Positions 1-9,702 of a stretch of 64,000 nucleotides of DNA are shown here, piece by piece. Made by a program: the position numbers and the translations under genes. This DNA is from Ignavibacteria bacterium. GTDB lineage: Bacteria; Bacteroidota; Ignavibacteria; Kapaibacteriales; UBA4661. The stretch's first letter is position 1. Each line of letters begins with the position of its first letter. Location of the stretch: the NCBI GenBank assembly GCA_947459425.1, contig CANHDJ010000008.1:6671-70670 (forward strand). Direction: 5' to 3'. The notes under the pieces are model-generated. The model saw nothing but the letters and a program-made list of their open reading frames with translations, did no database searches and was not told the DNA's origin.

Positions 1-192
1 AAAGAAACCATAATAGTTGGGGACTGGATATTCGTAGGAGGTCTGGCGAACTGGCAAAATTACAAATTTTTTTTCAAAAAAGAATACCTCAGAATGAATT
101 GCCAGGGCTAAAAAAGGGCAAAGGTTGCATACGCAGCACCCGCCCGACGACAGCGTTCTCGCACTCTTCAGCCGCCGGACGGGAAGAGCGTT

Positions 193-3100
193 TTAGCCTT
201 CTTTAGTATAGACGATAACGGTATCGTCCTCCACAAAACCGCCTTCCTTTTTCACAAATCCGATAAAACGGCTCAAAATCGGGCTGTGCGAAAGCACGTC
301 GGCTCGACCCAGCACAATCATTCGTTCTCGCGCCCGCGTTAGAGCAACATTGAGTTTGCGGTCAACCGCGCCGTCGGCGGAGAGCGACTGCACGGAGCGC
401 ACTTGCGGCGGGAAATTGACGGCAAACGACAAAATAATCGTATCCCGCTCGCTGCCTTGATACCGCTCGACGGTATCAACCGTGATGGTGCTGTGCAGTT
501 CGTGGGGCAGATAGCGGTAAATGGCGGCAATCTGCGCCCGAAATGGCGTAATAATGCCGATGCTTCCGGCATGAAACTCCTCGCCCAATTCCTGTCGGAA
601 TGTGATGGCAAGCAGCGCTGCCCGACGCGCTTCCTCGTCGTGAACTTTGGTTTGTGTCTCGGCGGGAGAGTCCCAAAAGACGACACGTTTTTCTTTGAGT
701 GTATTTTTTACACAAAGAAGTTTGGGAAAAATGTTCTCGAAGGCAAACGGCGCTATCGCGCGGGTCTGACGCTCGGCGATTGGCTCCAACGCGCCACCGT
801 AAAATGCGAGATTGGGAAACGCCGACACGTCCTTGTGCATTCTGCCTTGACGGGAAATCATCCCAAATGCCGACTCCCAGCCTTGCGCCTTGCAGCGCAG
901 CACAAGGCGCTCAAAAATGGAGACCCGCAAATCCACAAAGCCCGCGTTATTCATCTCTTCGTCTTTCACAAAAGCGCCGCGTTCCGGCTGCACGACAACT
1001 GCCGGAAGTTGCTTCTCATCGCCAATCAGGATAAACCGCCTGAATCGTGCTAAAAGCCCGATAATTTGCGGCTCCACCACTTGCGAGGCTTCATCCAAAA
1101 TGAGCGTATCGAAGTGCTTTATCGCCAAAATTTCTTGGTTTTTCAGCAAGGATGAAATGGTCGAAACAATAATGCGTGTGTGGCTTAGAAGCTCTTGTGT
1201 TGATTCAATCGGTTTACCTTCGGTTAGTGTATAAAGTACACGGTCGGGATGCGCGGTCGAATCTTTTACTCCAAGCCTGATAAAATCAAGGTTGGCGGAT
1301 TTTAGCGCTTCGCAGATTTCATCTACGGCGCGATTGGTGAATGCCAGAAAAAGAACATTCTCGCGGGTATGATGGTGGAGATGCACCGCCATTGACTTGA
1401 GCATACGCGAGGTTTTACCGGTGCCGGGAGGTCCTTGCAGCAAAAAATAATCCTCCGCGCTCATAGCGGAAGCAAGGCGCTCATGCTGCTCCGGCGTGAG
1501 GTCTGGGTATGGTGTATCTTTTACACGTTGGCGTATTTCCTCGTTGCATTCAGGCTTTTCCAGCCCTAAGAGCAGCCTTCGCTTGCGTTCTGATGATTTG
1601 AGAAATTCAAACAGCGATTCATATTGCGATTTAAATTCCGTTCCAAAAAAATCCGGCTCTAATGCCCATAAAACCTCGCTTCGGAAGAGGTTCTCCGTGT
1701 CACCGTTTGCCATCATTTGCTTATTGCGCAAGCTCACGACGACTGATTCGCGGGATATGCGCTTGATATAGCCCTTGAGCATCGCGCCGCGCAAAAACGA
1801 GCGTTCATCAATGTCGTCGGGCGGAAGCGGGTACAAAATGACAATATCGCCCACACGAAAATTCGCCAACGTCGATGTTTGCTGGGTTCTGCGGAAATGC
1901 AGATGCAATTTGCCAAAATCACTTTCTTCGTCGTCCAACGCTAAATGTGCTAAAATGCTGTATTCATCAGCTTTTTCGGCAATACTTTTTCGCCACAGCC
2001 CCGAAAAACCTTCGCCACGCTCACTCCCAAGCCGCGCCGACCAATTTTCACGACTCACAAATGCCGAAAATACCCGAAAATACTTGCGTTCCAACGTGGA
2101 GGCTTGCGCAAACGTCAGCGCAAAACGCTGAACATCCTGTGCCACAAAGGTCGGCATCAACCCAAAATGTTCGGGATGAATATCGTTCAAGGTGCGGGGC
2201 TGCCGCAGCGCCAGTGAGTGTTCTTGCGCGATGATGCGGTTGCGGAGCGCCAAAAGAAGTTGTTTAGCATGGCGGTCATTGACGATATTCCTCAGAGGGC
2301 GCACAATATCTCGTGCGTAGAAGATACAGCTATCGCCGGAGCGCTCGCGGAAGCAGGAATCCAAGAGCGTGTTATAGGCGGTTACTTGCGCGGCGTGATT
2401 CTCCCATGTTGCATTCGCGGGCGCAGAGCCGCTTTTGAGTTCCACAATCGTTTTGCGGCGTGGGTCGTCAGCATATTCCACCATCAAATCCAATCGCCCT
2501 TGCAACCCATACATTGGCGACATGAAACTAGCTTCAATACTGGCTTTGTCCCATGCCAGCGTACTGAGCAGTGTGCGAATATTCTCAAACACTGTCGAGG
2601 CTTGCATCCTCAGCAAACTGAGCGCTTGCGGGTTTTCATTTTGCAGAGCGATGATTTGAAGCGGCTTTTGGAGTGTTGCTTCTTGAAATATGGTATCAAA
2701 ATCTGCGTCGGGGTTGCCCAAAAGCGCATCAAAACAGTGGTTTGCGATACCTCCGCTCACAAGCGACATTTTTACTTCCGTCGGCATAAACTTTTTCAAC
2801 AAGGAAACACGCGGGTTTCCGCCGGATGGCAGCGCACGTTGGACACATTCAGCCAAATCGGTGGCATCGAGCAAATAATCCGGCTCCAAAATGACAATGG
2901 ATTCGGGCGTGGTCTCGTAAAGACTGATTTCTTCGGGTTGCGCGGCTTTTTCTTGCGCATGACGTTGTGAATCATTCTGCAAATTGCTTTGCAGAGCGCT
3001 TTGTGCGGCTTCTTGTGTCAAAACGGGCTGTGATCCCACAAAGCGCACGTGGACAATGTGCAGCGTACAAAAATCCCATCCAAGCTGCTCCAAGTCGTGC

Positions 3101-3660
3101 CAAGGCTCCCAAAGCCGCACCATAAGCATTTCGCCGTCGTGCGTTAAGCCTTCGATATCTACAAAGGCTCGTCCCTGCTTGTTTTCCACGAGTCCAAAAC
3201 CTTGAACGGTCATCCGCAAAAGCGGTACAATCGTTTTGGTTGTAGCGGCTTCTTTTGTGAAGGGCGTTGCTGCCAGAAGGAGCGTCCGAAGAGGCTCCGG
3301 CGCACGTTCTTGAGAAAAAGAAAAGACGAGAAGCGCCATTGCTCGCGCTGAACTATGGGTGGTTGCTTGAGCAATCTTGACATTTTTTCGTCCGGCACGA
3401 GTGGCAATGCGGCGAAAGGCGTGAAGTTCGCGGACGATGTACGCCGGAAGCGCATATTTATCGGCAATGAAGAGAAGGCGTGAATACAAATCGGTAAAAA
3501 GCTGCGGCTCATCGGCGGTGATGGTGCGAAGGATCTCGTTCAAAATACCGCGCAATGCCAGTATTTGTGCGCTTGGAAGAGAATGCTCGTCAAGGATAAT
3601 TTCGGAAATTTCTTGGTAAAAATATGCCGCAGTTTCTGCGGGAAGTTTGAACGTCGCCAT
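193..3660 (-). CDS. PD-(D/E)XK nuclease / SF1B (Dna2-Upf1-type) helicase fusion protein
   Basis: 1155-aa ORF. The C-terminal half carries Walker A GPPGTGKT (nt 1411-1434), Walker B DEASQ (nt 1081-1095) and VERYQGSERDTIILSF, the AAA_11/AAA_12-type SF1B pattern. The centre has RecB/Cas4-like nuclease motifs GRLDLMVEY (nt 2473-2499), IVELKSG (nt 2427-2448) and QVTAYNTLL (QxxxY). The N-terminal ~250 aa are unassigned, with an OB-fold-like stretch (LLRMTVQGFGLVENKQGRAFVDIEG). Confidence 0.8.
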   Translation of the reverse strand: MATFKLPAETAAYFYQEISEIILDEHSLPSAQILALRGILNEILRTITADEPQLFTDLYSRLLFIADKYALPAYIVRELHAFRRIATRAGRKNVKIAQATTHSSARAMALLVFSFSQERAPEPLRTLLLAATPFTKEAATTKTIVPLLRMTVQGFGLVENKQGRAFVDIEGLTHDGEMLMVRLWEPWHDLEQLGWDFCTLHIVHVRFVGSQPVLTQEAAQSALQSNLQNDSQRHAQEKAAQPEEISLYETTPESIVILEPDYLLDATDLAECVQRALPSGGNPRVSLLKKFMPTEVKMSLVSGGIANHCFDALLGNPDADFDTIFQEATLQKPLQIIALQNENPQALSLLRMQASTVFENIRTLLSTLAWDKASIEASFMSPMYGLQGRLDLMVEYADDPRRKTIVELKSGSAPANATWENHAAQVTAYNTLLDSCFRERSGDSCIFYARDIVRPLRNIVNDRHAKQLLLALRNRIIAQEHSLALRQPRTLNDIHPEHFGLMPTFVAQDVQRFALTFAQASTLERKYFRVFSAFVSRENWSARLGSERGEGFSGLWRKSIAEKADEYSILAHLALDDEESDFGKLHLHFRRTQQTSTLANFRVGDIVILYPLPPDDIDERSFLRGAMLKGYIKRISRESVVVSLRNKQMMANGDTENLFRSEVLWALEPDFFGTEFKSQYESLFEFLKSSERKRRLLLGLEKPECNEEIRQRVKDTPYPDLTPEQHERLASAMSAEDYFLLQGPPGTGKTSRMLKSMAVHLHHHTRENVLFLAFTNRAVDEICEALKSANLDFIRLGVKDSTAHPDRVLYTLTEGKPIESTQELLSHTRIIVSTISSLLKNQEILAIKHFDTLILDEASQVVEPQIIGLLARFRRFILIGDEKQLPAVVVQPERGAFVKDEEMNNAGFVDLRVSIFERLVLRCKAQGWESAFGMISRQGRMHKDVSAFPNLAFYGGALEPIAERQTRAIAPFAFENIFPKLLCVKNTLKEKRVVFWDSPAETQTKVHDEEARRAALLAITFRQELGEEFHAGSIGIITPFRAQIAAIYRYLPHELHSTITVDTVERYQGSERDTIILSFAVNFPPQVRSVQSLSADGAVDRKLNVALTRARERMIVLGRADVLSHSPILSRFIGFVKKEGGFVEDDTVIVYTKEG

Positions 3661-3756
3661 AGTGAACGTAGGGTGGTGGTAACGAAAAATGGTCGGTTTG
3701 GGCGATAATCAAGATTGTTAAGGAAGGAATGAAATGTAAGGGGTGAGTCTCGGAAG

Positions 3757-5784
3757 TCACCCCTCTTTTTTTGCCAATAAAAAATACGTCATCATGCTTC
3801 CGCGCCCTTTGACCGCTATTTCGCCACGCTTTTCAAAGTGGAAATCCTCACGGAGCAGTTCGTACATTTCCTCCGAGCAGTGGACTTTATCCGGCTCACC
3901 GTGCGATTCCATGCGACTGGCGATATTCACGGTGTCGCCCCAAAGATCGAAGGCAAATTTTTTGCGCCCGATAACGCCCGCCACGACTGCTCCAGAGTGC
4001 ATCCCGACGCGCAGTTGCAAGTTTGTGTGGAACATCGTGTTAAATTCCTGCAACTCGCGCACCATCTCCAGCGCCGCTTGTGCTGCCGCTTGCGCGTGGT
4101 CGGAGCGCTCTTGCGGTAAACCGCTTGCCACCATGTAACAATCGCCAATCGTTTTGATTTTCTCCAAGCCGTGCCGTTCCAAGACGTTATCGAACACGAT
4201 AAAAACTTCGGAAAGAATCTGCACTAATTCTTCGGGAAGCATACTGGCGGCTAATGGCGTGAAATTCGCAATATCTGCAAAAAACACCGTTGCGCTGCTA
4301 TAACGCTGCGCAAACGAGTGTTCACCAGCTTTCAAGCGCTCGGCGACTGATGCCGGAAGGATATTGAGCAAAAGCGCGTCGGCGTTCGATTTTTCTACTT
4401 GGAGCGCTTGAAGCGTGTCGGTGAGATTGGTGTTCAGCGCATCGGCTTGTTCGTAGGCGGAAGCGAGTTCATGGTTCACGTCGAGAACACGCAAGTTAGC
4501 GCGTTCTATCTCGCTATTGCGCGTTTCGAGTTCGGTTTGCTGGCGGCGCAAGGTCTCGTTCAGACTGCGGCTCCGGCGAAAATTGACGGCAAAATACACG
4601 ACAAAACCAAGTGCTAAGAGCGCCACGGCAGCAGACGCATTGCGGGCGAGAGCATTTTTTTCCGCGTCTTTTTGGAGCATTAGGACTTCTTGTTCGCGTT
4701 TTTCGCTTTCATAGCGGGAATTGAGTTCTGCGACAAGTTTTGAACTGCGCTCGTTGAAAAGCGAATCTTTGAGGGCATCGCGCAAACGCCGATAGGTATT
4801 GGCTTCGCGGAAATCATTCGTGGCTTCGTGTGCATTTGCCAGCGCTGCATAGAGGTCGTTGATTTCGCGGCGGTCGCCGGACTGCTCGGCAAAATTGAGT
4901 GCCGTGCTTAGTGTTTTCACCGCAAGCGGATAGTTTTTTTGCTGAAAATACACCACCCCAATATTGTCCAGCGCAAGCGCTTTGCCACGCACGTCGTTCA
5001 GAGAATCAAACATTTTGAGTGCCGTATTGAACATGACGAGTGCTGAATCAAAGCGGGTTTGCAGCCGCAAGAGCCAGCCGATATTATTGTTCAGCGTTGC
5101 CATCCACCGCCGCTCATTGAGCCGTTGACGTAATGCCAGCGCGGAGGTGTAGTACGCCATTGCGCTATCGAACAAGCGCTTGTTGCCGTAGCAATTCCCG
5201 ATATAATGCTGTGTTTCGGCTATTTCACTACTATTGCCAAGCCGAGAGCGCAAGACGAGTGCTTTGGTGAGGTATTCGAGTGCTTTGTCGTTTTCGCGTT
5301 GAACTTCATAGACACGTCCGATATTGTGCAGCGCTTGGGCTATTCCTTGCGTGTCTGCGAGGGATTCGCTTTTTTTCAATGCGTCGAAATGATAGCTTGC
5401 CGCCACTGCGTACAAGCCCTGTATTCGCGCTGCCACGCCAAAGGCATTTTGTGAAAGCGCCGTTCCGCGCTCAAATTTTATGCGTCGCGCAATCTCTAAT
5501 GCCTGCTCTGCATAGCGCATAGCAGCAAGGGGTTTGCTGAAATCCAGCTCGCCGGAGAGCGTGAGAAGAAGCATCACGCGGGCAGAATCGCCAGAGGAAT
5601 CCTGAGAAGCGTGTTGGAGTGCGGTTTGGAGGGAATCAATTGTGCGCTGTTGTGCGTGCAGGGTGACGGAAAAGGCGCACCACATCGTGATTGCGGCAGC
5701 GCACCATGCCGCAAGCGACCACCATACTGAGCGTTGAGAGCAGAGGCGACGAAGGTGAGAACGAAAAAACAGTGTCGATATCAT
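3757..5784 (-). CDS. TPR-repeat membrane sensor with C-terminal class III adenylate/guanylate cyclase domain
   Basis: 675-aa ORF with an N-terminal hydrophobic segment, multiple TPR-like repeats, a second TM helix ([15 protein letters not shown]) and a coiled coil. Cyclase motifs follow: [51 protein letters not shown]. The start overlaps the upstream gene stop by 4 nt (5781-5784). Confidence 0.85.
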   Translation of the reverse strand: MISTLFFRSHLRRLCSQRSVWWSLAAWCAAAITMWCAFSVTLHAQQRTIDSLQTALQHASQDSSGDSARVMLLLTLSGELDFSKPLAAMRYAEQALEIARRIKFERGTALSQNAFGVAARIQGLYAVAASYHFDALKKSESLADTQGIAQALHNIGRVYEVQRENDKALEYLTKALVLRSRLGNSSEIAETQHYIGNCYGNKRLFDSAMAYYTSALALRQRLNERRWMATLNNNIGWLLRLQTRFDSALVMFNTALKMFDSLNDVRGKALALDNIGVVYFQQKNYPLAVKTLSTALNFAEQSGDRREINDLYAALANAHEATNDFREANTYRRLRDALKDSLFNERSSKLVAELNSRYESEKREQEVLMLQKDAEKNALARNASAAVALLALGFVVYFAVNFRRSRSLNETLRRQQTELETRNSEIERANLRVLDVNHELASAYEQADALNTNLTDTLQALQVEKSNADALLLNILPASVAERLKAGEHSFAQRYSSATVFFADIANFTPLAASMLPEELVQILSEVFIVFDNVLERHGLEKIKTIGDCYMVASGLPQERSDHAQAAAQAALEMVRELQEFNTMFHTNLQLRVGMHSGAVVAGVIGRKKFAFDLWGDTVNIASRMESHGEPDKVHCSEEMYELLREDFHFEKRGEIAVKGRGSMMTYFLLAKKEG

Positions 5785-7913
5785 AACAAAACGCTACTTC
5801 CATTCTGCAAAACAGCTTTCAGTGCGGCACTGCTCATAATCGGTTCTTGGCAGGTGAAGTTCTCGCAAATATAGGCTGTTGCTTGATTATTGCGGGAAAT
5901 TTGATATTCCGTCTGCTCAATGCAATGCTTTAATTCTTGCGGCGAATGATTAAAAACCATCAAGGAATGGGGTGCGTACTGCTCCGCCAGAAGGCGCAAC
6001 ATTGCGTGAATCTCGCTATCATTCGTGCGTCCGGCGATAATAATTTCTTGTGTCGCACCCGTGAGAAAGTCATGCGCCATGAGCATTTGCGCAAAGCCCG
6101 TCGGGTGGTGCTGAATTTGTGCCGCAAAGCGTTCAATCGTGCGCAAGGCACAATCTTGGTATGCGCGATTCGAGGTGAGTTTGCCCAAACGCGCCAAAAC
6201 ACTGGCTGCAATGGAATTGCCTGACGGAATCGCACCGTCATAGCCTTCTTTGGTCTGCATGAGAAGCGCTTCGTTGTCGGCAGCCGAAAAGTGGAAACCG
6301 CCTTCCGAGGTGTCGTAAAATAAGCGAATCATCTCGTCAGCAAGCATTTGTGCGGTTTTGAGATGCTGAATGTTGAAGGTTGTTTGATAAAGTTCCAATG
6401 CACCGTGCGCTAAAAATGCGTAATCATCCAAAAATGCCGGAATCGCCGCCTCGCCAGTACGGTAGCGGTGGAGAAGGCGTTTTGTGCCGTTCTGCTCAGG
6501 CAACGACATTGTTTCGAGGATAAAGCTCAAAGAGCGCTCTGCTGCTTGCGTGTAGAGCGCATTGTCCAACACCCGCCCACCAATGGCGAATGCTGCAATC
6601 ATGAGTCCGTTCCAATCCGCCAAAATTTTATCGTCTTTGAGCGGATGAATGCGCGTCTCGCGGTGGTTAAAGAGCCGTTCTCGCATGACAGAAAGCCGTG
6701 CGCGGAGTTCGTATTCATCTATTGCATGGCTTTGGGCAAAATCATGTAGCGCAAGCCGTAAATGCGGGATGTTCTCGCCGGACACCGCTCCGGTGGCTTC
6801 GTCGTGAAAATTTCCGTCCTCACGAACATTATACGCCGCCGCAAACAGCGCCGCATCTTCTTCACCCAAAACCCGCACCAGTTCTTGCGTTGACCAGACA
6901 TAAAATTTCCCCTCATGCCCTTCGCTATCAGCATCTTCGGCAGAATAAAAGCCGCCTTCGGGCGAAGTCATATCGCGCAAAACGTAGGTGAAAATTTCTT
7001 CGGCAACCTGCGCAAACAAAGGGTCTTTGCCGTCTGTGGCTTGATGTGTCTCCAAAAATGCCACAGCAAGCATGGCTTGGTCGTAGAGCATTTTTTCAAA
7101 ATGTGGCAAAAGCCATTCGCGGTCGGTGCTGTAACGGTGAAACCCATAGCCGATGTGGTCGAAAATGCCGCCTTTGCGCATAGCGCGAAGAGTGCGCTCC
7201 ACCATTGCCAAGGCAGAGGGTTCGCCCGTGCGCTTGTAATACCGCAACAAAAACAAGAGATTTTGCGGGGAAGGAAATTTGGGTTGACTTCCGAAGCCGC
7301 CAAATTGGGGGTCGAAGGATTGTTCGTAGCGCTGAAACGCAAGGGGAAGAATATGCTCAGGAAGCGCGGCGGCAGCTTGGTTGCTGCTGGCGGTAAAATG
7401 TTCAAGAATGGCAGCGCATGATTCCTCAATTTTCTCTCGCTCATGCTTCCATGCGTGAAAAATTTGCTGGATAATATGCGGAAAGCCCGGACGATTGTGG
7501 TAATTCTCCGGTGGAAAATACGTTCCGGCAAAAAACGGTTGTTTACTCGGATTCATAAAGATTGTCAGGGGCCAGCCGCCGTGTCCCGTCATTGCTTGGC
7601 AGACGCGCATATAGATTGCATCAATATCGGGGCGCTCTTCGCGGTCAACTTTAACGGCAATATAGTGTTCGTTGAGGTAATCGGCAATGTCGGTATTTTC
7701 AAACGATTCACGCTCCATCACGTGGCACCAATGGCAGGTGGCATAGCCAATGCTGAGGAAAATCGGCTTGTCCTCGCGTACAGCACGGGCAAAGGTTTCG
7801 TCGTTCCACGCGAACCAATTCACCGGATTATGCGCGTGTTGCAGCAAATACGGAGATTTCTCGTGAATGAGTGCGTTGGTGTGGGTCTGAGAATGCAGAA
7901 ACGGTGCTGCCAT
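5781..7913 (-). CDS. Thioredoxin-domain protein, DUF255/YyaL family (GlcNAc-2-epimerase-like C-terminal region)
   Basis: 710-aa ORF. The N-terminus [40 protein letters not shown] is the characteristic DUF255 thioredoxin-like motif. A long alpha/alpha-toroid-like region follows. Confidence 0.85.
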   Translation of the reverse strand: MAAPFLHSQTHTNALIHEKSPYLLQHAHNPVNWFAWNDETFARAVREDKPIFLSIGYATCHWCHVMERESFENTDIADYLNEHYIAVKVDREERPDIDAIYMRVCQAMTGHGGWPLTIFMNPSKQPFFAGTYFPPENYHNRPGFPHIIQQIFHAWKHEREKIEESCAAILEHFTASSNQAAAALPEHILPLAFQRYEQSFDPQFGGFGSQPKFPSPQNLLFLLRYYKRTGEPSALAMVERTLRAMRKGGIFDHIGYGFHRYSTDREWLLPHFEKMLYDQAMLAVAFLETHQATDGKDPLFAQVAEEIFTYVLRDMTSPEGGFYSAEDADSEGHEGKFYVWSTQELVRVLGEEDAALFAAAYNVREDGNFHDEATGAVSGENIPHLRLALHDFAQSHAIDEYELRARLSVMRERLFNHRETRIHPLKDDKILADWNGLMIAAFAIGGRVLDNALYTQAAERSLSFILETMSLPEQNGTKRLLHRYRTGEAAIPAFLDDYAFLAHGALELYQTTFNIQHLKTAQMLADEMIRLFYDTSEGGFHFSAADNEALLMQTKEGYDGAIPSGNSIAASVLARLGKLTSNRAYQDCALRTIERFAAQIQHHPTGFAQMLMAHDFLTGATQEIIIAGRTNDSEIHAMLRLLAEQYAPHSLMVFNHSPQELKHCIEQTEYQISRNNQATAYICENFTCQEPIMSSAALKAVLQNGSSVLL

Positions 7914-8142
7914 AATTCAATGCAAAATGCGGCGTAAATGGATATGTAAACGACGAGAATCTTGAGAATGACGTGCCGGGAAATGGTGCAGAGAGGAAAG
8001 GCGCACAAACTCGAACAGCGCTATATTTTCAAGCCAAGACGGAAATTTACGAAAAAAAACGCTAGGAGAAGGCGAAAAACTCAAGGCAGGATAAAAAGAG
8101 GCAGACGGCATACAAGGCGGATGCTCCATGATAAGCGGTTCG

Positions 8143-9660
8143 TTATGCGCTTGCGTGCATACAGGGAATTTTCACCGTAAAAGTGCTTCCTGTCCCGACG
8201 GTAGAGGTGACGGTGATATTGCCGCCCAGAGCTTCCAAAAGACGTTTGGCAATTGCCAAGCCAAGTCCTAAGCCGCCCACAGAGCGGTTTTTACTGCCAT
8301 CTTGTTGGTAAAATGGCGTGAAGATGTATTCAAGATATTGCGGTGCAATCCCAATACCCGTGTCGCGGACTTCGCACACCAGCATCTGCTCTACGCCACG
8401 CTCAAGCGATAGTGTCAAATGGACATCGCCGTGTTCGGTGAATTTGATCGCATTTTCGGTAAGAAAAATAATAATCTGCTGGGCGTGAGTGCCGTCAATC
8501 ATCATGTTTTCCGGCATATCTGGGGCTTGGTCAATCGAAAACGTCAGTCCTTTGATTTGTGCTTGGGGTGCGATAATATTCCGAATGTGATTCACGATAT
8601 AGCGTGTCCCGACAAGGCTTTGCTCCGTGACGATATTGCCCGCTTCTATTTGCGAAAGGTGCAGGATATTAGAAAAAATACCCAAAAGATTCGTTGCCGC
8701 TTGGGTGATATGCTCTAAAAAAGGGCGGTTATTGGGGTCGGAGCGAAGTTTATCGGAAAGAATTTCAGAAAATCCGAGAATGCTGGTAAGCGGAGTGCGT
8801 ATCTCATGCGAAATATTTCGTAAAAATTCATCTTTTAAGGCATTCGCTTGCTCAATGTCGCGCAATGCCTGTTGTAACGCGGTGTTTTGTGCTTCCAGAT
8901 TATCCGTTGCCTCATGGACGCGCACCTGCACAGAATCTCGCTCTGCTTGTAAGTCTTGATAGGCACGTTTGCGAACACGGTCAAAGTAATAGAATGATGC
9001 AAGAATGCTGAAGATGACAGTCAGACTCACAAAACCATCAATAATCGGCGCAACAGATGATGAATAGGGTGGTGGCGCTTTGATGCCAAACAAGGATATG
9101 ATCGTCAATCCGACAATGCTTACAACCACAAGCCCCAGCATAAGCCACATTTCTTTCGTTCCAAGCAGAATGAGCGCAATAAGCGGGGGACTGAAAAGAC
9201 CAATCGTGGCGATGCTCGAAATACCGCCCATCGCAAAAGAAACCGCAAGCATCATCACATTTTGCCAGACCACGTATATCCACGCTGAAAGACGTACTGA
9301 GCCGATAAACCGGAGAATGGCAAGTTGTATTACTGCCGCAACAAACATTGTCGTTGTCATCCCCATCAAAAGAGGGCTGTGCAGGAAAAAGGCATAAAGA
9401 AATATGGAAGGGAAAGTCAGCACAGCCGTCAACCCTAGCGCTACGACGCAGAGAAGCGCTCGCCAGTAGATTTCCGATCCTGACTCTTCGGCAATCCATG
9501 GCGGTAAAAAATATCGTGCAAGATGTCGTTGCATTTGGGCAGAGAATGATGGAACTTCACTGGCAAAATAACGATTTCGCACCGCCCAAACAAGGTGAAA
9601 ACGTTGTTGCGGCAAGCTATTTGCCGAAAATATTCTCATAAGCATTGAAAAACGCCGCAA
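8143..9660 (-). CDS. Membrane sensor histidine kinase (orphan)
   Basis: 505-aa ORF with about 6 N-terminal TM helices and a coiled coil. H-box FLRNISHEIRTPLTSILGF (nt 8788-8808 encode HEIRTPL). HATPase_c motifs are NAIKFT, RDTGIGI and GGLGLGLAIAKRL. No response regulator lies adjacent. The exact start is uncertain. Confidence 0.85.
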   Translation of the reverse strand: MRRFSMLMRIFSANSLPQQRFHLVWAVRNRYFASEVPSFSAQMQRHLARYFLPPWIAEESGSEIYWRALLCVVALGLTAVLTFPSIFLYAFFLHSPLLMGMTTTMFVAAVIQLAILRFIGSVRLSAWIYVVWQNVMMLAVSFAMGGISSIATIGLFSPPLIALILLGTKEMWLMLGLVVVSIVGLTIISLFGIKAPPPYSSSVAPIIDGFVSLTVIFSILASFYYFDRVRKRAYQDLQAERDSVQVRVHEATDNLEAQNTALQQALRDIEQANALKDEFLRNISHEIRTPLTSILGFSEILSDKLRSDPNNRPFLEHITQAATNLLGIFSNILHLSQIEAGNIVTEQSLVGTRYIVNHIRNIIAPQAQIKGLTFSIDQAPDMPENMMIDGTHAQQIIIFLTENAIKFTEHGDVHLTLSLERGVEQMLVCEVRDTGIGIAPQYLEYIFTPFYQQDGSKNRSVGGLGLGLAIAKRLLEALGGNITVTSTVGTGSTFTVKIPCMHASA

Positions 9661-9702
9661 AAAGTCCTATTTTGCAGTGAGGTTTGGCGCAGATTTCACC
9701 TA

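Noticed and set aside
193-5784. The nuclease-helicase next to a nucleotide cyclase, as a possible CBASS/Pycsar-like cyclase plus effector pair.
   Set aside because: The cyclase is a typical membrane TPR-sensor class III enzyme and is translationally coupled to the DUF255 gene on its other side. It is not a compact CD-NTase or PycC-type cyclase, and the helicase protein has no obvious nucleotide-sensing domain. I treat the adjacency as coincidental.
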